Positions 1-10,737 of a stretch of 43,099 nucleotides of DNA are shown here, piece by piece. The translations under genes were made by a program, and so were the position numbers. Within the stretch, counting starts at the first letter, position 1. Each line of letters opens with the position of its first letter. Under the pieces are notes generated by a model. The model saw nothing but the letters and a program-made list of their open reading frames with translations. It did no database searches and was not told the origin of the DNA. The DNA is from Methanobacteriaceae archaeon (GTDB lineage Archaea > Methanobacteriota > Methanobacteria > Methanobacteriales > Methanobacteriaceae), in assembly GCA_003558085.1 (NCBI GenBank), contig PWMT01000055.1, positions 1-43,099 of the forward strand. Reading direction: 5' to 3'.

Positions 1-1
1 A

Positions 2-847
2 AGTCATAATGATGCAAATCTTCACTTAAGGACTAATAGAGGCAAATTCGATGTAGTAGATATAGATCCCTTTGGAACCCCATCTTATTTTATAGAATCG
101 GCAGCTTATTCTCTTAAATCAGGATCTATGCTTTGTGTAACTGCTACTGATACTTCATCTCTATGTGGAACCTACAAAGAACCATGTATACGCAAATATA
201 ATTCCATGCCTCTAAAAACAGAATACTGTCATGAAATAGGTATACGTATATTAGTTAGTTTTATAGCCCGAATTATGGCTAAGTATAAAAAAAGAGTGGA
301 AGTAAAATTCTCCCATTCCAGTGAACATTATATGAGAATTTATTTGGAAATAGATAAAGGAGCTGCTAAAACAGACCAATCATTGAAAAATATAGGATAT
401 ATCATTCACTGTCCTCATTGTTTATTTAGAAAACCAATAAAAGGTATAGCTCCCGCCATTATAGAAAAATGTCCCTTTTGTGGAGAAAAATTGTTAATAG
501 GAGGGCCTTTATGGTTAGGTAATATCCAGGAGGGTTATTTTATTAGGTCTATGCGTAAAATGGTTGAACAAAAAAAGTTAAATCAAGAAAAAAAAATTTT
601 AAAACTTCTAGGTTTATGTGAAGAAGAAGCGGAAGCTCCTCCCACCTTTTATGATCTTCATGTAATCAGTAAAAAATTGAAGATAAGTTCTCCGCGCTTA
701 ATAGATGTTTTAAATGGCTTAAAGGAGGAAGGATATTCAGCCCATCCCACTCATTTTAAGCCTACTGGAATTAAAACTGAGGCCTCTTTAACTAAAATTG
801 AAGAATTAATGTTAACCTTATACACCAAAAGGGTAAGAACATCCTAA
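2..847 (+). CDS. trm1: tRNA (guanine-26-N2)-dimethyltransferase, 5'-truncated by window edge
   Basis: The frame is open upstream of the ORF-track ATG at 128 and reads ...KFDVVDIDPFGTP. It also has TATDT and GPLWLG motifs and a CxxC..CxxC Zn finger typical of Trm1. Confidence 0.93.
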   Translation, partial: SHNDANLHLRTNRGKFDVVDIDPFGTPSYFIESAAYSLKSGSMLCVTATDTSSLCGTYKEPCIRKYNSMPLKTEYCHEIGIRILVSFIARIMAKYKKRVEVKFSHSSEHYMRIYLEIDKGAAKTDQSLKNIGYIIHCPHCLFRKPIKGIAPAIIEKCPFCGEKLLIGGPLWLGNIQEGYFIRSMRKMVEQKKLNQEKKILKLLGLCEEEAEAPPTFYDLHVISKKLKISSPRLIDVLNGLKEEGYSAHPTHFKPTGIKTEASLTKIEELMLTLYTKRVRTS

Positions 848-872
848 CCATACACCAAAAGGGTAAAAACAT
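813..872. repeat. Imperfect 30-bp tandem duplication across the trm1 stop codon
   Basis: ATACACCAAAAGGGTAA is identical at 820-836 and 850-866. Both copies are preceded by TAACC and followed by RAACAT. Confidence 0.85.
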
Positions 873-1223
873 ATCTGTACTATGTGCTTAAATTTTCAAG
901 GATTATTTTTAGTTAATAACTAACAGTTAGTGCATATATAGTATATAATCAAAAAATATTGTGATTAAGCATTATACAGTAAGTTATAGTAATCAGTTAT
1001 TATTTGCAAATCCCTAGATCCTTATTATAAAATGTTTATTTTTATAGGGGTAAGAAATTGATCTTCTTCTCTAAGTACATATTTATTTTTAAGATTAAGA
1101 TGATTTTAAGATTAAAAAAACCCTAGGAACAGAATGAACAAGCCAATTAATTTATTAAGGGGAAGGGGATATAAAAATCAATGGCAATAGCCAAATATTA
1201 AGTAAATAATAAGAGGTGAAATA

Positions 1224-1898
1224 ATGGATGTTGGAGAGATATATTCTGATGCTATTCGTTATCCATCATCAGACTGGAAAAAGGTTATAATTCTAGGAAT
1301 TGTGACTTTACTCAGTTTTTTAATAATTCCTGCTTTTTTAGCCTTTGGTTACATTTTTAGAGCTCTTAAAGCATCTATAGCTGGTTCTGATGAACTTCCA
1401 GAATTTGATGAATGGGGAGAGATGTTAGTTGATGGGCTTAAGGTATTTGTAGTACAGTTTATTTACTTTTTGATTCCAGCTGTAATATTGGCGGTCGGAA
1501 TTGGAGGTACTCTTACTGCTGCGCCTTTAGATCCTGTAACAGGCCCCCCTACAATGTTTACTGGTATTATAGGTTTAACTGGCCTTATAGCTGCAATACT
1601 AGGTATTATTCTAGGTTTAATTGCTATGGTTGCCATAGCCAATATGGCCTATTATGATAGCGAACTAGGAGCTGCTTTCCGTTTTAGTGAAATTCTAGAT
1701 ATAATCGCTGAGATCGGCTGGGTGGACTATATAATATGGTATGTTGTATTGATAATAGTAGGTGTAGTAGGTGGATTTATCGCGGGTATAATAAATCTAA
1801 TACCTATTTTAGGATCTATAATATCAATTTTAATAATTTCACCCTATCTTTCCCTGATCTATAGCAGAGCACTGGCCTTAATATATGCCTATGAATAA
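1224..1898 (+). CDS. DUF4013-family integral membrane protein
   Basis: N-terminal MDVGEIYSDAIRYP, GY..R, LPEFDEWGEMLVDGLK and AAFRF motifs. About 4-5 hydrophobic helices. SD GAGGTGA upstream. Confidence 0.85.
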   Translation: MDVGEIYSDAIRYPSSDWKKVIILGIVTLLSFLIIPAFLAFGYIFRALKASIAGSDELPEFDEWGEMLVDGLKVFVVQFIYFLIPAVILAVGIGGTLTAAPLDPVTGPPTMFTGIIGLTGLIAAILGIILGLIAMVAIANMAYYDSELGAAFRFSEILDIIAEIGWVDYIIWYVVLIIVGVVGGFIAGIINLIPILGSIISILIISPYLSLIYSRALALIYAYE

Positions 1899-1908
1899 TT
1901 TAACTCCC

Positions 1909-1930
1909 TTTTTTTTATTTTTTTATTTTA
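1909..1930 (+). terminator. Oligo-T archaeal terminator
   Basis: Consecutive long T-tracts directly after the DUF4013 stop codon. Confidence 0.6.
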
Positions 1931-2156
1931 ATTTTCAAGTTAAATGTTAATTAATATCCGGTCCTAACTCTCCATCCAATTACTAACTCCTTTTAAATTA
2001 TTATTATTTAATAGAGTGGTCATGATTTCATTGAAAATAGACCTCTAAAATCCTCCTGGAAATTAGATTTCAACCTTAACATTTTATTAAGAAGTAAATA
2101 TTAAAAAAAGAAATAACTAAACATTGTTCAAAAATTAATTTATTTTTGGTGAGCAA

Positions 2157-2633
2157 ATGGAACAAGAAGAGTTTGAATTGATCAAAATAGATGAAATTGA
2201 TGAAAAAATATTAACCTTGTTAAATGAAAACGGTCGCATGTCTTATCGTAAAATATCCAGAGAACTAGAAATTTCTGTGGGAACCGTTCACAATAGAGTG
2301 GAAAAATTGTTGAAATCGGGAGTTATCAAAAAATTTGCCCCTATCATTGATCATTCTCGTTTAGGTTATAAATTAACCGCTATTATAGGAGTGAGGGTAA
2401 AAGGAGGGGTTTTAAAAAATTGGGAAGCTCGCACTGCTTACCATGAAAATGTACTGGGAGTTTATGATGTTACCGGAGAATTTGATGCTTTCTTGATAGC
2501 TAAATTTAAAGATACAAATGGTTTAGACGAATTTATAAAAGGCTTATTAAAAGAGCCTGACGTACAGAGAACTTATACCCAAACCGTCCTTAATGTAGTA
2601 AAAGAAGATTTAGGATCTGCTAAAATGCTATAA
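2157..2633 (+). CDS. Lrp/AsnC family transcriptional regulator
   Basis: IDEIDEKILTLL...GRMSYRKISRELEISVGTVHNRVEKL HTH, plus the YDVTGEFD RAM-domain motif. SD GGTGA. Confidence 0.93.
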   Translation: MEQEEFELIKIDEIDEKILTLLNENGRMSYRKISRELEISVGTVHNRVEKLLKSGVIKKFAPIIDHSRLGYKLTAIIGVRVKGGVLKNWEARTAYHENVLGVYDVTGEFDAFLIAKFKDTNGLDEFIKGLLKEPDVQRTYTQTVLNVVKEDLGSAKML

Positions 2634-2828
2634 GTTTCTTATAAAAAGTTATGATGATGTTAATCTCAAGTTTAGCTAAAAAATATAAAGAATCTTAAAA
2701 TAACTAAAAATAATTTCCAGACTATAGTATTTTTAGAGACTATCTTTTGATTTATAGATATAAGTTCATCTCATAGATTTAAATAGGATGTTTTCCTTAT
2801 TAAAAAATTGCGTATAAAGCTTTAATCT

Positions 2829-2856
2829 CAAAAATTAGCCTAAATTATGGGCTAAT
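2829..2856 (-). terminator. Hairpin plus U-tract after the gerW-like operon
   Basis: Inverted repeat ATTAGCC (2834-2840) / GGCTAAT (2850-2856) just past the stop at 2859, followed by TTTTT on the minus strand. Confidence 0.5.
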
Positions 2857-2858
2857 AA

Positions 2859-3140
2859 TTATATTGTAGTTAATTCTTCTTCAAAATATTTAAAAAGAGT
2901 TTCACTATCAAATTCACTATCAAAGATTATTAAATATTCCTCCTTAAGATTAACTTTTTCTTCGATTTCTTCTATGACTAGCCAGGCAATGGGATCTAAG
3001 GATATCATGGCCATACTATTTTCACTGTAAATTATGGACAATTTAAGGAGAGGATAAATTTCACGTCCATTTAAATGGATTTTTTTCAGGAAAATTTTTT
3101 CTTCCTGGAAATTTAGTCCTAGATTCTCTTTATTAATCAT
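2859..3140 (-). CDS. Hypothetical protein, probable degenerate GerW/YtfJ paralog
   Basis: Begins 1 nt after the DUF2953 stop. KIHLNGREIYPLLKLSI and LDPIAWLVI align by eye with PIELEDKLLVPVMKMGV and GEPMALVVI of the 3826-4245 protein. Confidence 0.6.
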   Translation of the reverse strand: MINKENLGLNFQEEKIFLKKIHLNGREIYPLLKLSIIYSENSMAMISLDPIAWLVIEEIEEKVNLKEEYLIIFDSEFDSETLFKYFEEELTTI

Positions 3141-3141
3141 T

Positions 3142-3771
3142 CTAATACTTCCTTAAATTCCAAAGCAATAATAATACTGGTTTTTTAGTTAAAAGCCATA
3201 TGAAAGCAGCGATTGGTTTTAAAAGTTGGATATTGAACATTAATACTAGATTACCATCTATCCTTTCTCTTCTAAAATCAGGTGAAGCATTAAAATGGAA
3301 TTTAGGATGAGTATTGAATATGGATGCTGCACCCCACATACATCCCAGAGTACTAGCCGTATCAGCGGGACTGGTAAGGCCCAGAATTATATGAACTTTA
3401 AATAATTCCAAATTAAATGAGTTAACCACAATTTTCAAAAATTTTAGAATGAAAACTCTAGCTTGTATAACTAAATTGACTGTTTTTTTAAAATCTTTCC
3501 AGGAAAATTCAGATAATAACTTCTTATATTTAACATCCTCTTCCTCTATTTTCTCTATTTTATCCTTATCTTCTTCTGGAAATTTTTTGGTCCATAATCT
3601 GATTTTGAACCATTTAATCTCCATGTTCCCCTCTAATCGCCATCCTCTTTTATAGAGATTTAAAGAAATATGGAAGGGTATTATTAAAATTAAAAGCAAG
3701 ATAAGAATTAAAATAAGTAAAAAGATGAGGATTAACAACAATTGTATCCACCTAGGAAATTCCTTATTCAA
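3142..3771 (-). CDS. DUF2953 (YtfI-like) membrane-anchored protein. Likely start is TTG at 3741.
   Basis: Long N-terminal hydrophobic anchor ending IPFHI, and GLTSPADTASTLG...PDF motifs. Adjacent to ytfJ/gerW. SD AGGTG lies before TTG 3741. Confidence 0.75.
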   Translation of the reverse strand: MNKEFPRWIQLLLILIFLLILILILLLILIIPFHISLNLYKRGWRLEGNMEIKWFKIRLWTKKFPEEDKDKIEKIEEEDVKYKKLLSEFSWKDFKKTVNLVIQARVFILKFLKIVVNSFNLELFKVHIILGLTSPADTASTLGCMWGAASIFNTHPKFHFNASPDFRRERIDGNLVLMFNIQLLKPIAAFIWLLTKKPVLLLLWNLRKY

Positions 3772-3825
3772 TTTAATATTGAAGTTAATTGTTGCCTAGA
3801 TTCTTAAAGAAAATTTAGATATATG

Positions 3826-4245
3826 TTATTCCTCGTTTTCATCTTTTTTAGATGCTGATTCTTTTTTTTGTTTTCTTTTAGGTTGAATTTCTTTTAGTAT
3901 CTCCGGTAAATAAACACCTAATTCATCTATGGCCTTGCTCAATACGCCAGTGCTGCTAAGATCCAGTACTTTCACTCCTTCTGGACCAGAAATTCCTTTA
4001 AATATTACTACAAGCGCCATAGGTTCACCACCAGCAGCCGCGCCAGATCCACTTCCCATTAATTCGCCTTCCTCAGCTGCCTCACCTTTACCCATACCAG
4101 CACCGAAACCTACACCCATTTTCATTACAGGAACTAAAAGCTTATCCTCTAATTCAATAGGTTCTCCTATAAAATTTTCTATATCCATTAATTTGCGAAT
4201 TTCTTCTACCGTAGTTTTTATGGGTTCTTCAATTTTCATAATCAT
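3826..4245 (-). CDS. GerW/YtfJ family protein
   Basis: IGEPIE..DK.LVPVMKMGVGFGAG.G, a Gly-rich GSGSGAAAGG segment and EPMALVVI. Confidence 0.88.
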   Translation of the reverse strand: MIMKIEEPIKTTVEEIRKLMDIENFIGEPIELEDKLLVPVMKMGVGFGAGMGKGEAAEEGELMGSGSGAAAGGEPMALVVIFKGISGPEGVKVLDLSSTGVLSKAIDELGVYLPEILKEIQPKRKQKKESASKKDENEE

Positions 4246-4338
4246 ACCCCACTCTTATATGTGTTAATTATGTCCAGTAAGAAATAAATAATTTACTTGC
4301 CAAGAAATAAATATTGATAAAATGAGGGAGGTTGCACA

Positions 4339-5388
4339 GTGATAATTTACTCCTCAGATTATAATTTACATCAAGACCCTAATCATATTGAAAATAAAGA
4401 TAGAACCAATAGTATAATGGAAAATTTATCTAACCAGAAAATTTTGGATTCTGTACCTATCTTGAATCCTGAAAAAGCCACTACCGAGGATTTATTACGA
4501 GTACATAGCCCCTCACAATTAAATTATATCCAGGATTTCTGTGCACAAGGAGGGGGTTATCTAGATTTTGACACCTATGCCACCTCTCAAAGTTATGATG
4601 TGGCTCTTTTAGCAGCTGGAGGGGCTATAACAGCTGTAAAAAAAGTTGAAAATGGTGAAAAATGGGCATATTCGGTGGGAAGGCCCCCGGGTCATCACGC
4701 CAATAGAGAAAAATCTATGGGATTTTGTTTATTCAATAATACTGCCATTGCTGTGGAATATCTTCGAGAATTATACCCAAAAAAGCGATTCCTAATTTTT
4801 GATTTCGATGTGCATTATGGTAATGGTGATGCAGATATTTACTACCAAGATCCTCAGGTGATGTATATTTCCATTCATCAGGATCCCCATACTATATTTC
4901 CAGGAAAAGGTTTTATAGAGGAAATAGGATCCGGAAAAGGAGAGGGATATAACCTTAATATACCCATGTCGCCTGGATCAGATAATTCAGATTATATCTG
5001 GATTCTAAAACAAATTCTACCAACTATTTTTGATGAATTCAGGCCAGAATTCCTATTGGTGGAGTCTGGTTTTGATGGCCATAGTGATGATCCATTATCT
5101 CAAATAAACTTAGATGAAGATTTCTTTTCCTGGATAGGGGAGTATTTAATGGATCTACAGGGATCTATGGCGGTGATGTTACAAGGGGGTTACAATTTAA
5201 CAGCCTTGGCCCAATCTAATACTAGTTTTATTAATGGATTGATGCAGCAGAAATTACTTGCAACAGAAAAATATAAGGATAGAAATAAGATAGAGGAAAA
5301 TTACCTAAATAGGGATAAAGTATCAAAAAATACTTTGCTAACTTTAAAAAAAATTAAAGATAATTTTTCACCCTTTTTTGGATTGTGA
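4339..5388 (+). CDS. Histone deacetylase family (Zn-dependent) amidohydrolase
   Basis: RPPGHHA, GFCLFNN, DFDVHYGNG, SIHQ, FPGKG, GFDGH..DPL and GGY motifs. GTG start with SD GGAGG. Confidence 0.93.
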   Translation: MIIYSSDYNLHQDPNHIENKDRTNSIMENLSNQKILDSVPILNPEKATTEDLLRVHSPSQLNYIQDFCAQGGGYLDFDTYATSQSYDVALLAAGGAITAVKKVENGEKWAYSVGRPPGHHANREKSMGFCLFNNTAIAVEYLRELYPKKRFLIFDFDVHYGNGDADIYYQDPQVMYISIHQDPHTIFPGKGFIEEIGSGKGEGYNLNIPMSPGSDNSDYIWILKQILPTIFDEFRPEFLLVESGFDGHSDDPLSQINLDEDFFSWIGEYLMDLQGSMAVMLQGGYNLTALAQSNTSFINGLMQQKLLATEKYKDRNKIEENYLNRDKVSKNTLLTLKKIKDNFSPFFGL

Positions 5389-5397
5389 GGCTATTAA

Positions 5398-6078
5398 ATG
5401 GAAGATATTAGACTTAAACAGGCAGAAAAACTCATTAAAATTGCAGGTAAGGCTTCAACTAAAAATGAAGATCTTAAAGAAGCCACTAGCGGTACTATAA
5501 ACGCGGAATTATTTGATAGAGCTTTAAAAGAACTAATCTATGCTGAAGATTATATTTACCCCAGTTTACCATCCCATCATTTATCTGCCCCAGAAGCTCG
5601 TATTTTTACCAGGAAATTGCTGGCTGCTCGAGAAAATATTGAAAACATTCTATCAGATTTTGGGGTGATGGAAAAGGTTAATGCAAAAGATCAGATCCAC
5701 CAACTTTCTCAAAAATGGTTGATTATCACCCCTAAAACTAGTTTTAAGAAAATTTTGATGAAGATGGGAGTGGATGTACAAAATATAATTGTAGCAGGAG
5801 TGCCCCTTGCCAGTGACGATATGAAACTACTCAACCCCCATCTACCTGAAACCGCTATTAAAGCAATAAATAAGAAAATTGAACATGTGAAAAATGATAT
5901 TTCTAAAAAACAGGAAAAGTTGAATTTAAAAAATATTCTGGTTTTAGCTGAAGATGATTTAAATGGAGAGATTCTTGGAAAACGGGCCATGGAATTTTAT
6001 AAGGCTAAACTAGTTTTAAAACCAAATTTAAAAGATATAAATGATTCCGAATTAATTGATATATTGCAAAAAAGATAA
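5398..6078 (+). CDS. Conserved methanogen protein (DUF2100-like)
   Basis: Full-length ORF with SD GAGG. Has PSHHL and IIVAGVPL..DDMK.LNP.LP motifs recalled for this family. Confidence 0.65.
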   Translation: MEDIRLKQAEKLIKIAGKASTKNEDLKEATSGTINAELFDRALKELIYAEDYIYPSLPSHHLSAPEARIFTRKLLAARENIENILSDFGVMEKVNAKDQIHQLSQKWLIITPKTSFKKILMKMGVDVQNIIVAGVPLASDDMKLLNPHLPETAIKAINKKIEHVKNDISKKQEKLNLKNILVLAEDDLNGEILGKRAMEFYKAKLVLKPNLKDINDSELIDILQKR

Positions 6079-6347
6079 TTACAATCTTTTTATCATAATC
6101 TATTCTGTAAAGATTTGCAGATATTTTTTTTTATATTGAAATTTTTTTCTAAAGTACTTCATAATTCAATTAAAAGTTTATATCTAAAAGATTACTTTAA
6201 TTTAAATACTTGGAAAACATAGTCTGTAGAAATAATTTTAACTTGAATGGAATGTTTGGAAAAAATATTTTTTTCCTTCATTTAGAGTAAGTAAAATTAT
6301 TAATTTATTATAAAAACCGTGTTTATATGAATATCGGGGTGAAATAA

Positions 6348-7301
6348 TTGGGTTTAGTTTGTTTCCCTGACACACAAGATAAAATTCCCATTTTACCCAT
6401 CCACCTAACCCGGGTGGGAGTAAGTGGGGTTAAAAAATTATTAAAAATAGAAAGAGAAGGTAAAAGACCCATCATACTTTTACCTACCTTTGATGCTTTT
6501 GTGGATTTACCAAGCAAACAAAGAGGGATCCACATGTCCCGAAATCCAGAAGCCATTAGTGAAGTTCTAGAAGAAATGGTGGAAAATACTGCACTGGAGT
6601 TAGAGTCTTTATGTGCAGAAATAGTAAACAGCTTGCTAAAAAAACATAAGTATGCTAAAAGAGCTGAAGTGAGTATGAAAAGCGATTTCATGTTCATGAA
6701 AAAATCCCCTATTACCGAGAACAGATCCCAGGAAATGACGAAAATTATGGCTGATGCTATTGGATACCGGGATGGAGATGAGGTTGTAATTAGAAAGATG
6801 ATTGGGGCAGAATTAGTTGGTATGACGGTTTGTCCATGTGCTCAAGAATCCGTTAAAGAAACTTCAAAACAGGAATTAGCTGAATTTTTAGATAAGGAAA
6901 CACTGGAAAAAGTTTTAAATACGGTTTCATTCGCCTCCCATAATCAGAGAGGTAGAGGTATGATCATGATTGAAGTACCTCACCATCAAACCATTCGTGG
7001 AGAAGATTTAATTACGATCATTGAAGAATCTATGAGTGCCAGTATTAGTGAATTGCTCAAAAGACCTGATGAAAACGCTATTGTGATTAAAGCTCATCAA
7101 AACCCGATGTTTGTGGAAGATTGTGTGCGGAATATGGTACATAAAATCGTGAAAGATTATTCTTATCTACCAGATGATACCATGGTAACAGTACGTCAAA
7201 TAAACGAAGAAAGTATACATCGCCACAATGCCTTCGCTGAAAAAGTAGCCACCATGGGCGAATTAAAATATGAAATTGAAGGAATTGAAAACCAAGAATG
7301 A
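6348..7301 (+). CDS. mptA: GTP cyclohydrolase MptA (methanopterin biosynthesis)
   Basis: PDTQD, RGIHMSR, GMTVCPCA, SHNQRG, LLKRPDE, NPMFVED and EESIH.HNA motifs. TTG start after SD GGGGTGA. Confidence 0.95.
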   Translation: MGLVCFPDTQDKIPILPIHLTRVGVSGVKKLLKIEREGKRPIILLPTFDAFVDLPSKQRGIHMSRNPEAISEVLEEMVENTALELESLCAEIVNSLLKKHKYAKRAEVSMKSDFMFMKKSPITENRSQEMTKIMADAIGYRDGDEVVIRKMIGAELVGMTVCPCAQESVKETSKQELAEFLDKETLEKVLNTVSFASHNQRGRGMIMIEVPHHQTIRGEDLITIIEESMSASISELLKRPDENAIVIKAHQNPMFVEDCVRNMVHKIVKDYSYLPDDTMVTVRQINEESIHRHNAFAEKVATMGELKYEIEGIENQE

Positions 7302-7419
7302 CGCCATCTATAATCAAGTCAATTAAAGGTTTAAATAAGGAATTATATTTTATAGTTTTGAACAAGTAAAAAAAATAATGGCACGATATGTGGTCCATAA
7401 CAGCTCAGGGAGGTATATT

Positions 7420-7869
7420 TTGATCAGACTTCATAAAACAGCAGGATATGTAATGGAATATCTAGAAGCTTTTGATGGTTCCAGGCCTGCTATAGACGCC
7501 GAGAAGATATTAATTGTAAGGGGTAGATCTAAAAAAAGAATAGGGCCCCAAGAAATGAATTTAGAATTAGAAAACTTATTTTCATTTTTGGAAGCTGAAG
7601 AGGTGGATATGTTCTCAAAGAAAGCAGCTTCACTCATATCTATAATGGATGAACATATAAGGGCTAGTGTAAAAATACAGGGCGAAACAGATGCCGGTGG
7701 AATCCATAAAATGAAAGAGAATCTGGAAGCCATGAATTTCCTCGTGAATTACAAATTAGGTTTTATAGGCAAAATAGGATTTTTCATTGTTTTATGGAAA
7801 GATAAAAGTGGTATTGGGCCCTGTTTTGTAGAGATTGTTTTATCTAATACTGAAAATTCATTAGAATAG
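7420..7869 (+). CDS. Conserved methanogen protein (DUF2120-like)
   Basis: In-frame TTG at 7420 follows SD GGGAGGT, so it is preferred over ATG 7378. EAFDGSRPA and WKDKSGIGP.FVE motifs. Confidence 0.65.
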   Translation: MIRLHKTAGYVMEYLEAFDGSRPAIDAEKILIVRGRSKKRIGPQEMNLELENLFSFLEAEEVDMFSKKAASLISIMDEHIRASVKIQGETDAGGIHKMKENLEAMNFLVNYKLGFIGKIGFFIVLWKDKSGIGPCFVEIVLSNTENSLE

Positions 7870-7870
7870 G

Positions 7871-8992
<1,122 letters not shown>

Positions 8993-9005
8993 TTTTGGGA
9001 TTAAA

Positions 9006-9653
9006 TTATATATTTATATTTTTAAAAAATAACATATCCGTGTTAAAATCTAATTCTAAGACCGGGACTATGATTGTACCCTCCCTAACATCCCCTAATT
9101 CTTTAAATTTTCCAAAAAGAAAATAAAGTCCGGTAAGTGCTGCTATAATAGAATCAAGTTCATGGTCGCTTAACTCATTTGCTGTTTTATCTAAAGCAAA
9201 GAAATGGCTTAAATTGGAATATATAGTTTTTTTATCCTCCCCTATATTCAGTATTTTCTGGGAGGTGTGAGGGTGAACTTCTATAATTTTTGGTTGAAAG
9301 GAGGGAGAAAAACATTTTTTTAATCTTTCTTTGATATACACTCCCCTATAAGTTAACATTTTCATTCCAAGATAAGTTAAGGGCAAGACTGGTCCAAACT
9401 CCCTTATCTTTTTATCCGAATCTCTAAAATGTCCCCTTATGCTGCAATCACATTCTTTTTCCAGACAACATCGCCCCTTAGGTAAAGATAATGGCGCGTC
9501 AATGGCAATTATTTCTGGAGAAACTTTAGTGATCTCCTGGATTATATCCTCAGTAGCAAAAAATGTTTTTATATAGAATTTTTTTTTATTTAAAATTGCC
9601 ATTCCAGTCTCATTTTCACTTTTTGCTGCTAAGTCAATACCTACAATTTTAAT
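9006..9653 (-). CDS. DUF429 family (RNase H-like fold) predicted nuclease, apparently starting at ATT
   Basis: IAIDAPLSLP, IEVHP and HELDS motifs. The in-frame upstream extension reads IKIVGIDLAAKSENETG with no ATG/GTG/TTG before TAA at 9674-9672. Confidence 0.8.
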   Translation of the reverse strand: MKIVGIDLAAKSENETGMAILNKKKFYIKTFFATEDIIQEITKVSPEIIAIDAPLSLPKGRCCLEKECDCSIRGHFRDSDKKIREFGPVLPLTYLGMKMLTYRGVYIKERLKKCFSPSFQPKIIEVHPHTSQKILNIGEDKKTIYSNLSHFFALDKTANELSDHELDSIIAALTGLYFLFGKFKELGDVREGTIIVPVLELDFNTDMLFFKNINI

Positions 9654-9734
9654 TTTATCACTAAAATCTATTTATTTAAAATATTTTATTAACTCTAAAA
9701 GTTATTCTATTAAACCGGATTAGAATTTGATTAA

Positions 9735-10466
9735 TTAAATACTCTCTACCCGGGCATCCACCACCGCATGTAGTACTCCGGGTGAATAATTTTTTATGAT
9801 TTTTTGATTCAATACCGTTACTTTCCGGTCACCTGCTGCTTTTTTAAGGCGATATATTGGTCTTTTAAACCTTATTTTTTCAGGGACTGTTTCATGATAA
9901 TGGATCACTCCCCCCTCAGTGATACATTCCAGGGCTGATTCAAGGTATTCCCAAGTGTTTCCAATATAACCCATGATTATTCGATCTGCATCTAATTGTG
10001 GTGTTATCTTATTTGAATCTCCTAAAAAGGTTTGGACTTTATCTTGGATCTTATTTAAGATCAGATTTTCATTTAAATAATGGAAAGCTACTGGATTTAT
10101 TTCAATAGAATATAGTTTATTTAGAGGTGAATGAACCGCTATGGGTATGGAAAAGTAACCGATCCCTGCAAACATATCTACAACTGTTTCTCCTTTTTGC
10201 ACCAAATTAGCTATTCTCATTCTTTCATTGGTATTGCCCTTGGACCACATTAATTTCGAAACATCTAATTTAAAAAAACATTTATTTTCTTTATGGATGG
10301 TTTCAGTCTGATTTCCATAGAGAACTTTAACCACCGGTTTACGGGTCCTACCCTTGATATTGACTATTTGGACAACTGTGGTTACATCTGGAAATTCTAA
10401 AAATTGTGAAATGTCTTCTGATTCTTTATCAACAACTATTACGCTTCCTATTTGCTTCCATTTCAT
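9735..10466 (-). CDS. taw2: Trm5/Tyw2-family SAM-dependent transferase, probably Taw2 (wyosine aminocarboxypropyltransferase)
   Basis: HKEN.C.FKLD, MWSKGN..ER, VVDMFAGIGYF, EINP, DRIIMGY, HYHE and YSPG motifs. Lacks the Trm5 N-terminal D1 domain. Confidence 0.75.
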   Translation of the reverse strand: MKWKQIGSVIVVDKESEDISQFLEFPDVTTVVQIVNIKGRTRKPVVKVLYGNQTETIHKENKCFFKLDVSKLMWSKGNTNERMRIANLVQKGETVVDMFAGIGYFSIPIAVHSPLNKLYSIEINPVAFHYLNENLILNKIQDKVQTFLGDSNKITPQLDADRIIMGYIGNTWEYLESALECITEGGVIHYHETVPEKIRFKRPIYRLKKAAGDRKVTVLNQKIIKNYSPGVLHAVVDARVESI

Positions 10467-10737
10467 ATTGCAACCTTAATATAAAGATAATATAAAGTGC
10501 ATATTAAAAGTATAGTAGATAAATTATTAGTATGAAGTTGATGAGGGATAAAGAAGGGCTTATTAAGCAAGTACTACTACAGTTTATTAATTAATAAGGC
10601 TTAAGTTCAAGACAAAAAAAATAACTATCAGTATAAGCTAATACTATCAACTCAAATTTTTGAAATATTTAATAAAAGTATTTAATTCCCTATATAGGAA
10701 TATGTTTATTAATTAAAGAAATTTCAAGGGAGATTTT

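Noticed and set aside
1901-2060. Three TAACTC words and SD-like GGAGG/GAGGT on the minus strand with tiny ORFs (MKS*, 19 aa)
   Set aside because: The repeats are too short, and the ORFs are too small or poorly spaced from the SD.
4339-5388. HDAC motif variants HYGNG and QGGY as signs of inactivation
   Set aside because: The catalytic His pair, Zn ligands (D, H, D) and Tyr are all retained.
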